Shown: piece after piece, positions 56,989-64,000 of the stretch | Position numbering within the stretch: position 1 is the first letter of the stretch | Layout of the letters: each line of letters opens with the position of its first letter | Assembly (NCBI GenBank): GCA_030647775.1 | Contig: JAUSJC010000010.1 | Coordinates: 433,334 to 497,333 of the forward strand | Reading direction: 5' to 3' | Source: Candidatus Curtissbacteria bacterium | GTDB taxonomy: Bacteria > Patescibacteriota > Microgenomatia > Curtissbacterales > GWA2-41-24 | Length of the DNA: 64,000 nucleotides | Notes under the pieces: model-generated | Databases searched by the model: none | What the model saw: the letters and a program-made list of their open reading frames with translations, nothing else | What the model was told of the DNA's origin: nothing | Program-made: the position numbers and the translations under genes

Positions 56989-58185
56989 ATGGAGTTTATT
57001 AAATTACTTTTAATTGTCACTTTCTTAACACTCATCCCCGGCCAGGTTTTAAGGATTCCTCCGGATTCCTCATTTGGGGCCATAACCTTGACCGATATCA
57101 GCGTTTTGGTGCTTGATTTCTCTTTTCTTTTCTATTCGCTGGCCATTAAAAAATCGCTTAAATTTCCGCCAAAAATATTTTTCCCGTTTGCCATTTTTTC
57201 TGTCTGGTCTCTTGCCACGATCATTTGGGCAGCAAGGTTGCTTTCTGCCGGCGAAATTTTGATCTCCTCACTTTTTTTGGTGCGGTTTATCATTTATTTT
57301 TTTCTCGCGGTTATCGCGTTCAATATTGTTGAAAAAGATAAAATCAGGCGCTGGATAGAATTAATCCTTACGATCGGCGTCATTTATATCTTAATTGGGT
57401 TTGTCCAGTTTTTCACCATACCCGACCTTTCGTTTTTAACGCCTTTTGGCTGGGATCCGCACCAAAGAAGAATTGTCTCAACAGTTATCGACCCGAATTT
57501 TTCCGGATTTATTTTTGTTTTGCTTTTCTCGATGGCAACCTCTTTTTATTTTTACTCGGCAAAAAAGCTGCCGTATTTTATTATCGCCCTCGGTTCTTTT
57601 ATCGCCCTGATTCTTACTTTTTCCAGAAGTTCTTATCTGGCATTCATTGCGGCCATTGTCGTAATCGGAATTGTTAAATCAAGGAAATTGCTACTGGGGA
57701 CTCTTCTAGTCCTTCTTTTGATATTTACAATTGTCCCTCAAGTTAGAACAAGGGTTGTTGGCGCGTTGACTCTCGATGAAACAGCCCAGGCAAGGATCGA
57801 AAGCTGGCAAAATGCCCTTACCGTAACCCGTGACAACCCGTTTTTTGGTGTTGGTTTTAATACTTACCGTTTTACCCAGGAAAGGTACAATTTTTTCGCG
57901 AGCGATAATCCCGAAGGCGGCCATTCCGGCGGGGGAGTAGATTCCAGCCTTCTTTTGGTAAGTGCCACAACCGGCATTATCGGCCTTGCACTTTTTATTT
58001 TCTTTTTGGGATCAATTGTTAAAGCTGCCGCGAAAAATGTAAGCGCAAGTCCTCTTCACTTGGCAACGCTGGCGTCGGCAGCTGCACTTCTCGTGCATTC
58101 AATATTTGTAAACTCGCTTTTTTTCCCGCAAATTATGCTTTTAATTTTCCCGCTAGTCGGCCTAGCCGCAAAGGATGATAAATAA
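56989..58185 (+). CDS. O-antigen ligase (Wzy_C) family protein
   Basis: Polytopic; RIVSTVIDPN, LTFSRSSY, RIESW..A...NPFFGVGFN. Confidence 0.88.
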   Translation: MEFIKLLLIVTFLTLIPGQVLRIPPDSSFGAITLTDISVLVLDFSFLFYSLAIKKSLKFPPKIFFPFAIFSVWSLATIIWAARLLSAGEILISSLFLVRFIIYFFLAVIAFNIVEKDKIRRWIELILTIGVIYILIGFVQFFTIPDLSFLTPFGWDPHQRRIVSTVIDPNFSGFIFVLLFSMATSFYFYSAKKLPYFIIALGSFIALILTFSRSSYLAFIAAIVVIGIVKSRKLLLGTLLVLLLIFTIVPQVRTRVVGALTLDETAQARIESWQNALTVTRDNPFFGVGFNTYRFTQERYNFFASDNPEGGHSGGGVDSSLLLVSATTGIIGLALFIFFLGSIVKAAAKNVSASPLHLATLASAAALLVHSIFVNSLFFPQIMLLIFPLVGLAAKDDK

Positions 58186-58214
58186 TATTTTCCATTTTAT
58201 CCGCCACCAAGTGA

Positions 58215-58350
58215 GGGGTGGCACCAGTGAAAGGGCTCACGGCGGCGCACACCCCGCCCTTTTTGGAATCAATCTCAATATCCGGAATTTTACTAGAACT
58301 CGAAAAGGGCTGGGGAGCACCGACGGGAGGGAAACTGGTGACAGGACCCC
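58215..58350. repeat. about 136-bp element with long imperfect inverted ends
   Basis: Left GGGGTGGCACCAGTGAAAGGGCTCACGGCGGCGCACACCCCGCCCTTTT versus right reverse complement GGGGTCCTGTCACCAGTTTCCCTCCCGTCGGTGCTCCCCAGCCCTTTT. Confidence 0.6.
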
Positions 58351-58363
58351 GAACAACAAAAAC

Positions 58364-59506
58364 ATGATACTTAAAATCTTTATCTTTTGGCGCATATCTC
58401 TGTTCGTACTGACATATCTTGGCTCGGTTATTTTCCCCAAAGTTGCCAATGGGGGAATTGGGGCAATCGGTCAGGGCAAAACTTTTGATTTCTTATCCTC
58501 TTGGGCCCAGTGGGACGGCGGCCATTTTATAAATATTGCCCGCCTTGGCTATTTTAATCCGCAGGAATACGCTTTTTTTCCGCTTCTGCCAAATTTAATT
58601 AGGTTTGTAACTATTTTTACTTTCGGAAATCTAGTCCTTGCCGGGTTAATTATCTCGAATGTTTCCTTTTTAGCGTTCCTAATCATTTTTCATAAATTGG
58701 TTAATAAAAAATTTGGCAGTCAGATTGCGAACATATCAGTTTTCACCTTTCTTACATTCCCATCGGCTTTTTTTGGAGTCGCCGTGTATTCCGAATCAAT
58801 CTTCCTGCTTCTTGCCGTACTCGCTCTATATTTTTTGGAAAGCAAAAGATTCTTATATGCGGCCCTCTGTGCGTCTCTTGCCGGCGCCACGAGGGTTGTG
58901 GGGGTTTTTCTTATTATTCCGTTCACAATATCTCTTCTGTCATTGCGAGGAGCCCTTCGACTTCGCTCAGGGCGACAAAGCAATCTCGAACAGATTGCTT
59001 CGCTCACTACGTTCGCTCGCAATGACATTGTTAAAGCGTTATTAATTCCCCTGTCGGTGTCCGGCCTGTTTTTGTATTCTCTTTATCTTTACCTGAAATT
59101 TGGCGACCCTTTTTATTTTTCAACCGTGGAATCTGTTTGGCACCGCTCCTTTGTTAATCCTTTCTCAACGATCTATTCTTATTTAACTATCAACGTTTTT
59201 GCCAAGCCGTTTAATGATTATCTTGATATTGCCGCTACCCTCGGATTTCTGGTAATTCTAGCCCTTGGCTTTAGGAAAATACCAAAATCGTGGTGGTTTT
59301 ATAGCCTTTTGGTTATCTTGGTTCCGGCCTCCACCGGAACCTTAACCAGCATGCCACGCTATGTTCTTTCGGCTTTTCCTGTTTTTATTTTGCTGGGGAT
59401 TTACCTAAAAGACAGGCAGATTTTGAGAATGATAACTTGGGGAATTTTTCTTGTCTTGCAAGTTGCTCTGGCTATTATGTTCGTCAATGGTTTTTGGACT
59501 GCCTAA
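58364..59506 (+). CDS. GT-C mannosyltransferase (PIG-V-like)
   Basis: WAQWDGGHF..IA..GY, AFFPLLP, YSESIF, TRVVG, SMPRYVL.AFP; start may instead be 58175. Confidence 0.85.
   Translation: MILKIFIFWRISLFVLTYLGSVIFPKVANGGIGAIGQGKTFDFLSSWAQWDGGHFINIARLGYFNPQEYAFFPLLPNLIRFVTIFTFGNLVLAGLIISNVSFLAFLIIFHKLVNKKFGSQIANISVFTFLTFPSAFFGVAVYSESIFLLLAVLALYFLESKRFLYAALCASLAGATRVVGVFLIIPFTISLLSLRGALRLRSGRQSNLEQIASLTTFARNDIVKALLIPLSVSGLFLYSLYLYLKFGDPFYFSTVESVWHRSFVNPFSTIYSYLTINVFAKPFNDYLDIAATLGFLVILALGFRKIPKSWWFYSLLVILVPASTGTLTSMPRYVLSAFPVFILLGIYLKDRQILRMITWGIFLVLQVALAIMFVNGFWTA
58939..59026. repeat. in-frame composite palindromic insertion in the mannosyltransferase gene
   Basis: GTCATTGCGAG...GCAATCT / AGATTGCTTCG...CTCGCAATGAC with nested CCTTCGACTTCGCTCAGG (58954-58971); encodes SLRGALRLRSGRQSNLEQIASLTTFARND. 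Confidence 0.85.
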
Positions 59507-60770
59507 GAACTTTGCCGATATCGTGTCTTAGGTGCATGCCGGCAAAGTAGACACCCCCCGTGCCGATCGCGGAGTAAACTTTTCTGCGCGCTTCCGGCAT
59601 TGTTTTGCCAAATGCCGTAACTCCCAAAACCCTACCGCCGTTTGTCACAATTTTGCCATTCTCGTTTTTAGTCCCTGCATGAAAAACCTCAATATTCTCG
59701 CCACGGTTTATATCAAGTCCGCCGATAGTTTTTCCGGTTTTATACTCGCCGGGGTAACCTCCGGAAGCAAGCACTACGCAAAGCGCCGCACCCGTCCTGA
59801 AAGAGACTAGATTCGATTTAAGCGTTCCGTTCGCGCACGATTTCAAAACACCAAAAAGGTCAGAGGCAAGAAGCATCATCAGCGGTTGGGTTTCCGGATC
59901 GCCGAATCGGGCATTATACTCAAGCACTTTTGGACCATGGCCTGTAATCATTAAGCCCGCGTAAAGCACTCCTTTATAAATATGTCCCTCCCGGCGCATA
60001 CCGTCTATTGTCCGTTCAAGGATCGTTTCATAAATTTCTTTTTTTAATTTCGCGTCCATCTGTACCGGTGCAAAAGCTCCCATGCCGCCCGTATTGGGGC
60101 CGCGGTCACTGTCATTGATCCTCTTATGATCCTGGGCGGGTAGCATTGGAACAATCGTTTTGCCGTCGCAAAATGCCAGTTGCGAGACTTCCCGTCCAAG
60201 AAGTCTCTCCTGGATCAGTACTTCCCGGGAAGGTCCAAACTCTTCGTCCTTCATGATCCGCCGCAAAGCGTCTTGGGCTTCTTTCAAAGAAGCCGGTAAA
60301 AAAACTCCTTTTCCGGCCGCCAGCCCTGTCGCCTTAATGACGATCTTTTGCGGCCCGCGGGTTTTGATGTAATCCAACGCTTTTTTATAATCCTTGATAG
60401 CCAGCGATTTTGGGTGGGGGATATTGTGCCTTTCCATAAAGGCGGTTGCCCAGGATTTATCGGTTTCTAAAAGTGCCGCCTTGCGCGTCGGCCCAAAAAT
60501 TAGAAGACCGGCCTTTTCAAATGCATCGACTATCCCCGCCTCCAGCGGGACTTCCGGGCCAACCATTGTCAATGCGATTTTATTATCTTTGGCAAACTTT
60601 ACCAGTTTGTCTATTTCGCCGGCGCCAATCTCAACATTTTTTCCAAGTAGACCAGTTCCGGCGTTGCCGGGTGCAAAATACAAATCCGAAACCTTCCGCG
60701 ACTGCCTGATTTTCCAACCCAGGGCGTGCTCTCTTCCGCCGGCGCCAACAATCAATACTTTTGCGCCCAT
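59484..60770 (-). CDS. purD: phosphoribosylamine--glycine ligase
   Basis: VGAGGREHAL, APGNAG, VGPEVPL, GLAAGKGV, QDHKR...GPNTGGMGA, EYNARFGDPE, TNGGRVL. Confidence 0.97.
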   Translation of the reverse strand: MGAKVLIVGAGGREHALGWKIRQSRKVSDLYFAPGNAGTGLLGKNVEIGAGEIDKLVKFAKDNKIALTMVGPEVPLEAGIVDAFEKAGLLIFGPTRKAALLETDKSWATAFMERHNIPHPKSLAIKDYKKALDYIKTRGPQKIVIKATGLAAGKGVFLPASLKEAQDALRRIMKDEEFGPSREVLIQERLLGREVSQLAFCDGKTIVPMLPAQDHKRINDSDRGPNTGGMGAFAPVQMDAKLKKEIYETILERTIDGMRREGHIYKGVLYAGLMITGHGPKVLEYNARFGDPETQPLMMLLASDLFGVLKSCANGTLKSNLVSFRTGAALCVVLASGGYPGEYKTGKTIGGLDINRGENIEVFHAGTKNENGKIVTNGGRVLGVTAFGKTMPEARRKVYSAIGTGGVYFAGMHLRHDIGKVLRQSKNH

Positions 60771-61492
60771 TACTTGGAAAAGTTAACTTTCATTTTTACA
60801 ATTTTTGTATTCCCCGCAAGATCCACTGCTTTTATTTCCATATTGTTGTCTCCGGCCGCAAGCGGAACAAAGACTTCAAACGCCCCGTCCAGATTTGTGT
60901 TTGCCAAAAAGCCGTTTGCCCAAACCTGTACATTTTGATCGGTTTTTCCGGATACCCTGATGCGGTTATTCCCCGAAAAGCTCTGCCCGTCTGCGGGATT
61001 GTCAACGTCAAGCCTTGGTTCTTTGTGCAAAAACGCCACCTTTTTTACCTGGGAGAAATCACTTTCTTTCCCCTGGCCGGAAATTGCTTTCGCCGCAATG
61101 TTGTTGTCGCCGTCATTTAAAATAAAATCGTCGTATCTAAACTTTCCCGCTTGCGATGTTGTTTCGCCAACTTTTTCATCATTATCAAAGATTAAAATTT
61201 TACCGTCCGTTGCCGAAAAACCGGAAATAGAAAGTCGAGCACTGTTCGTCGCGTCGGGAAGCGGGTCAAGGATTGGTGCCTGGGGAATAAATTTATCGGT
61301 ACTTACTTGCTCTTGGGTTTTATTTTTAAACACCACATCCAAAAAATCGGCAAATTTCCCAAGCATGGGAACACCGAGAGTAAAAATAAAAATCAAAAGG
61401 AATATACTGACCACAAAAAGATAAACGATCTTTTTAACCGTTGCCTTTTCTTCTCTCCGGTTTAGCCTGTATAATCTCGAACTTCTTTTCAT
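60770..61492 (-). CDS. membrane-anchored protein with Ig-like domains
   Basis: Basic N-terminus, one TM, two beta-sandwich-like repeats (L.DGDNNI.AKA and L.AGDNNMEIKAVD.AGN); start at ATG 61492 with TATAAT 6 nt upstream. Confidence 0.8.
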   Translation of the reverse strand: MKRSSRLYRLNRREEKATVKKIVYLFVVSIFLLIFIFTLGVPMLGKFADFLDVVFKNKTQEQVSTDKFIPQAPILDPLPDATNSARLSISGFSATDGKILIFDNDEKVGETTSQAGKFRYDDFILNDGDNNIAAKAISGQGKESDFSQVKKVAFLHKEPRLDVDNPADGQSFSGNNRIRVSGKTDQNVQVWANGFLANTNLDGAFEVFVPLAAGDNNMEIKAVDLAGNTKIVKMKVNFSK

Positions 61493-61508
61493 AAGCAAAT
61501 TATACTTG

Positions 61509-61580
61509 AGCCGGTGGTGAGAATCGAACTCACGATCCACTGTTTACGAAACAGTTGCTCTACCACTGAGCCACACCGGC
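61509..61580 (-). tRNA. tRNA-Thr(CGT)
   Basis: GCCGGTG/CACCGGC acceptor, ACTGT-TTCGTAA-ACAGT anticodon arm, GTGAG-TTCGATT-CTCAC T arm; CCA not encoded. Confidence 0.95.
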
Positions 61581-61639
61581 AGCCTAGCCCATTTTAGCTT
61601 TTTAAATCTTTCTATTCAAACTATAGTACAAGTGGGGAA

Positions 61640-62068
61640 TTAATACTCTAGCTCAACAATCTCAGCTTCTTTTTGAAGAATGACCTTTTTGAATCTATCG
61701 AAGAAACCAATTCCACCTAATAGTAAAGTACTCATATCATAACTAAAATCAACTTCGGTCCTGAAATGGAAACCCTGATCAAAAAATAATTCGATACCTA
61801 AGTGTCTATAAGTAATAATTTGATGGTTTCCGATACCTGTTGTCACATATTCTTTACCTTTTTTAACATTCAACCCTAAAACTTCTCCTACTTCAGCAGG
61901 GAATAAATTCCTGTCAGCACCACTATCAATTAAACCTGCAACAGGCCTAGTGAATTTGTGGTTTATTTTAAACATGAACCAAATATGTGGACGATAAATC
62001 ATTTCAAGGAATTTGCCTTCTTTATCTTGAACAACGAAGTTTATGTATTCCCCAACTAAAGTAGGCAT
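61640..62068 (-). CDS. retropepsin-like aspartyl protease
   Basis: LIDSGAD catalytic motif, GIG flap, LLGGIGFF. Confidence 0.8.
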   Translation of the reverse strand: MPTLVGEYINFVVQDKEGKFLEMIYRPHIWFMFKINHKFTRPVAGLIDSGADRNLFPAEVGEVLGLNVKKGKEYVTTGIGNHQIITYRHLGIELFFDQGFHFRTEVDFSYDMSTLLLGGIGFFDRFKKVILQKEAEIVELEY

Positions 62069-62251
62069 TTATGGAGCAAACGTGCCGATGAACGGAGGCA
62101 ATTTCATTAAATATACCTTTTGTTTTGTATTACCTAAAATTTTTAAAAGCCCTCGATATGTATCCGACGCGTAAATTACCTTGGACCTTTTCTCATCTAA
62201 AGCGATCCATTTGTTCGAGTATTTACGAATGTTTTTAATCTCCTTTTTCAT
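62069..62251 (-). CDS. DUF5678-like small protein
   Basis: KYSNKWIAL...VI.ASD pattern; abuts the aspartyl protease gene; TATAAT 6 nt upstream. Confidence 0.7.
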   Translation of the reverse strand: MKKEIKNIRKYSNKWIALDEKRSKVIYASDTYRGLLKILGNTKQKVYLMKLPPFIGTFAP

Positions 62252-62398
62252 ATTAGTATTATATTACAACAAACAAACTATATTTTTCGATTAACCGTAG
62301 AGCATTAAGCGGGAGACGCAAATTATTTTGAACCGCTTCTCCCAGACATCCTGACACATTTTAGCAAGTTAATGAAGATTTGTATGTACAATAAATAA

Positions 62399-62788
62399 TT
62401 ATTTTTTTGGATCTAGTACCTCTCCTATAAAATGCACACCTTCTCCTGTAATTCTAATGCCTCTATCATCTACTTCACATAGTTGCGCTTGTGCAAGCTG
62501 TCCTACAGCAATAACGGTTTCTACTGTTAATCCCTGTTCAACTAAGGAAGTATCTATAACTCCCTTATCACCTAATTCACGAAGGATACGATATAATTCC
62601 GTCGGAGTGGGTTCTTCTAGGGCTAGTTCAACAGCTGCCTGGTTCAATCAAGTTCTTCTAGTTCTCATCTCGTCTTTTTCAGCAAGAGGTAGAGTTGTTT
62701 TACGATCTGGAGGAATACCCATTGGCCACTCCATAGCCCCTCTTGATCCACGCACAAGTATGCCTGCTAGTGTACATCTTTCAGCCAT
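62399..62788 (-). pseudogene. hypothetical gene with one in-frame TGA
   Basis: ATG at 62788 gives MAERCTLAG...MRTRRT, then TGA (62650-62648), then the 82-aa ORF continues in the same frame. Confidence 0.45.
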
Positions 62789-63089
62789 GCCCGCATCGTA
62801 TCAAAATCTGACGAGAATTTCAAATTTTAACTAACATTATAACTACTCACCATTATGATACGATTTCGTCATCTTGAGGCTGAAAGCCAAAAGGCCTAGA
62901 TTCTTTGCTACGATCAGAATGGCGACTTGTATCAGCAATGGTGAACAGTTACTTAACATTTTGTAAGAAAGGAGTAGGACTCGAACAAATTTGAGGCTAA
63001 ATATTGTTGAAGACATGATTGGAAGACGGGACACCCGATTAAAATACTATGGAGCGGGATACGAGAATCGAACTCGCGTCTCCAACTTG

Positions 63090-63196
63090 CCTGCCCGCCA
63101 GCTTGTGAGCGGTGGACCGGATTCGAACCGGCGACCTTCTGCTTGGGAAGCAGACGTTCTACCAACTGAACTACCACCGCAGGCATTGCAGGCGGG
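63090..63196 (-). mobile_element. CCCGCC...GGGCAGG element carrying a tRNA gene
   Basis: Minus strand reads CCCGCCTGCAATGCCT-[tRNA]-CACAAGCTGGCGGGCAGG; same termini as the ftsI inserts. Confidence 0.75.
63108..63180 (-). tRNA. inner, intact tRNA-Gly(CCC)
   Basis: GCGGTGG/CCACCGC acceptor with U73, GTTC..GAAC D arm, TCTGC-TTCCCAA-GCAGA anticodon arm, GCCGG-TTCGAAT-CCGGT T arm; CCA not encoded. Confidence 0.95.
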
Positions 63197-63256
63197 GGAA
63201 GCTGGCATACTACCATTGTATTAATCCCGCGATTATGAATAAAACAGCATTCTGCC

Positions 63257-63293
63257 TAGGCCCGCAGTTCTGCATTGCAGAACGAGAACCGCA
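63257..63293 (+). repeat. 37-bp direct repeat, copy 1
   Basis: TAGGCCCGCAGTTCTGCATTGCAGAACGAGAACCGCA with internal hairpin GTTCTGCA-t-TGCAGAAC. Confidence 0.9.
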
Positions 63294-63334
63294 TGGCTTT
63301 GTCTCTTAAACCACACCTGCGCTTGCACTATTTT

Positions 63335-63376
63335 ACTATAAACTATGAACGATGAACTATAAACTATGAACTAAAT
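63335..63376. repeat. heptamer tandem repeat
   Basis: ACTATAA ACTATGA ACGATGA ACTATAA ACTATGA ACTAAAT. Confidence 0.8.
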
Positions 63377-63939
63377 CAGCGGGGAATTGTAAGTGTAGCA
63401 CCGGCAAAAATTAAAGGGTTGCCGTTTGACAGGTAGCCGACATTATTGGCTTTTGCCAAAACCGGCCATTTCCAGCCGTCGGCGTAGACCTTTTGGGCAA
63501 TAATAAACAGGGTATCGCCTTCCTGTACTTGATACGACGTTGCACTTAAATCCTTTATGATTACATCCGCCTCTGTTTTAGGCGGAACTTCCAAAGTTGT
63601 ATCAGTGTAAATTAAATCGGGGTAGATAATTGCATTTTTTACCGCCAGCACATTCCACATTGCCGGATCGCCGTAAGTTCTTTTGGCAATTACAGATAGC
63701 GAATCACCCTCTTTGACCTTGTATTCCCTCTTTGGCTCAAGCGTTTGGTTTTCTACACTTGTTTTTATACCATCACCGATTTCTCCCATCGGGCTGGAAT
63801 TTCTCGTTAGGAAACTGGCCACCAGAAATCCCAAAACGACGACAACAATCGCTCCAAGAAAAAGTCCGGTGTAGGATTGGTATGGGTTAAACTGTTTTAG
63901 TTTCTTTTTGAAACGCCTAAAAGTAGAATTTCTTGCCAT
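63376..63939 (-). CDS. membrane-anchored double LysM protein
   Basis: TM, then YKVKEGDSLSVIA..YGD...W..LA..N and YQVQEGDTLFIIA..VY...W..LAKAN; start at ATG 63939. Confidence 0.92.
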   Translation of the reverse strand: MARNSTFRRFKKKLKQFNPYQSYTGLFLGAIVVVVLGFLVASFLTRNSSPMGEIGDGIKTSVENQTLEPKREYKVKEGDSLSVIAKRTYGDPAMWNVLAVKNAIIYPDLIYTDTTLEVPPKTEADVIIKDLSATSYQVQEGDTLFIIAQKVYADGWKWPVLAKANNVGYLSNGNPLIFAGATLTIPR

Positions 63940-63962
63940 ATCAATTTGAAACAAGCTCTCTT

Positions 63963-63999
63963 TAGGCCCGCAGTTCTGCATTGCAGAACGAGGACCGCA
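63963..63999 (+). repeat. 37-bp direct repeat, copy 2
   Basis: TAGGCCCGCAGTTCTGCATTGCAGAACGAGGACCGCA, one mismatch to copy 1. Confidence 0.9.
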
Positions 64000-64000
64000 A

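Larger units (their letters stand above)
63050..63230 (-). tRNA. outer tRNA-Gly(CCC), interrupted in the anticodon by a 107-nt insert
   Basis: 5' half GCGGGAT-TA-ATAC-AATGGTA-GTAT-G-CCAGC-TTCC (63230-63197) and 3' half CAA-GTTGG-AGAC-GCGAG-TTCGATT-CTCGT-ATCCCGC-T-CCA (63089-63050) join into a 74-nt cloverleaf with loop TTCCCAA. Confidence 0.9.

Noticed and set aside
8530-61540. Extended N-termini in the ORF track (8530, 11506, 20813, 27451, 35084, 41017, 45756, 48714, 49838, 54668, 61540)
   Set aside because: They overlap upstream genes, repeats, promoters or tRNA-Thr; family similarity begins at the downstream ATGs used in the feature list.
62648-62650. TGA recoded as Gly (code 25), tempting next to tRNA-Gly genes
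   Set aside because: Conserved genes such as mraZ, glyQS and murD end at TGA, long ORFs have no internal TGA, and both tRNA-Gly anticodons are CCC.
63090-63196. Group I intron or canonical archaeal-type intron in tRNA-Gly
   Set aside because: Only 34 nt remain once the inner tRNA is removed, too short for a ribozyme core. The site is inside the anticodon rather than at 37/38, and I could not draw a convincing bulge-helix-bulge.
62953-63309. ORFs 62953-63216, 62991-63224 and 63112-63309
   Set aside because: They are chance translations of the nested tRNA genes.
63257-64000. CRISPR array from the 37-bp palindromic repeats
   Set aside because: Only two copies about 700 bp apart with a gene between them, and no cas genes in the window.

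Overview
A 64-kb window from a bacterial chromosome. Gene content and style (DUF4012, DUF5652, type-2 IleRS, homodimeric GlyRS, many near-leaderless genes) suggest Patescibacteria/CPR, Microgenomates-like; this is inference, no search was run. Layout: (1) 1-8650, an accessory island with a tyrosine recombinase, a Gabija-type OLD nuclease + UvrD pair, a TerS-like gene and a fused remnant of a second integrase/TerS-like unit; (2) a surface-glycan cluster, recO, glyQS, purF; (3) a near-complete dcw cluster from mraZ to ftsZ, including a GlmU-N/MurC fusion and both murI and murL; (4) a variable region after ftsZ with a TA pair between duplicated ftsZ 3' ends, a GIY-YIG nuclease and a REP-associated Y1 transposase; (5) ileS, rodA, rplU, rpmA, parB, lepB, purD, tRNAs and a LysM gene. 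The most striking observation is a complete tRNA-Gly(CCC) nested inside the anticodon loop of another tRNA-Gly(CCC) at 63050-63230. The 107-nt insert has CCCGCC...GGGCAGG ends, the same ends as two nested in-frame inserts in ftsI. Several families of short palindromic elements occur across the window, nest in each other and invade essential genes in frame; two candidate mobilising enzymes are flanked by their own repeat family.
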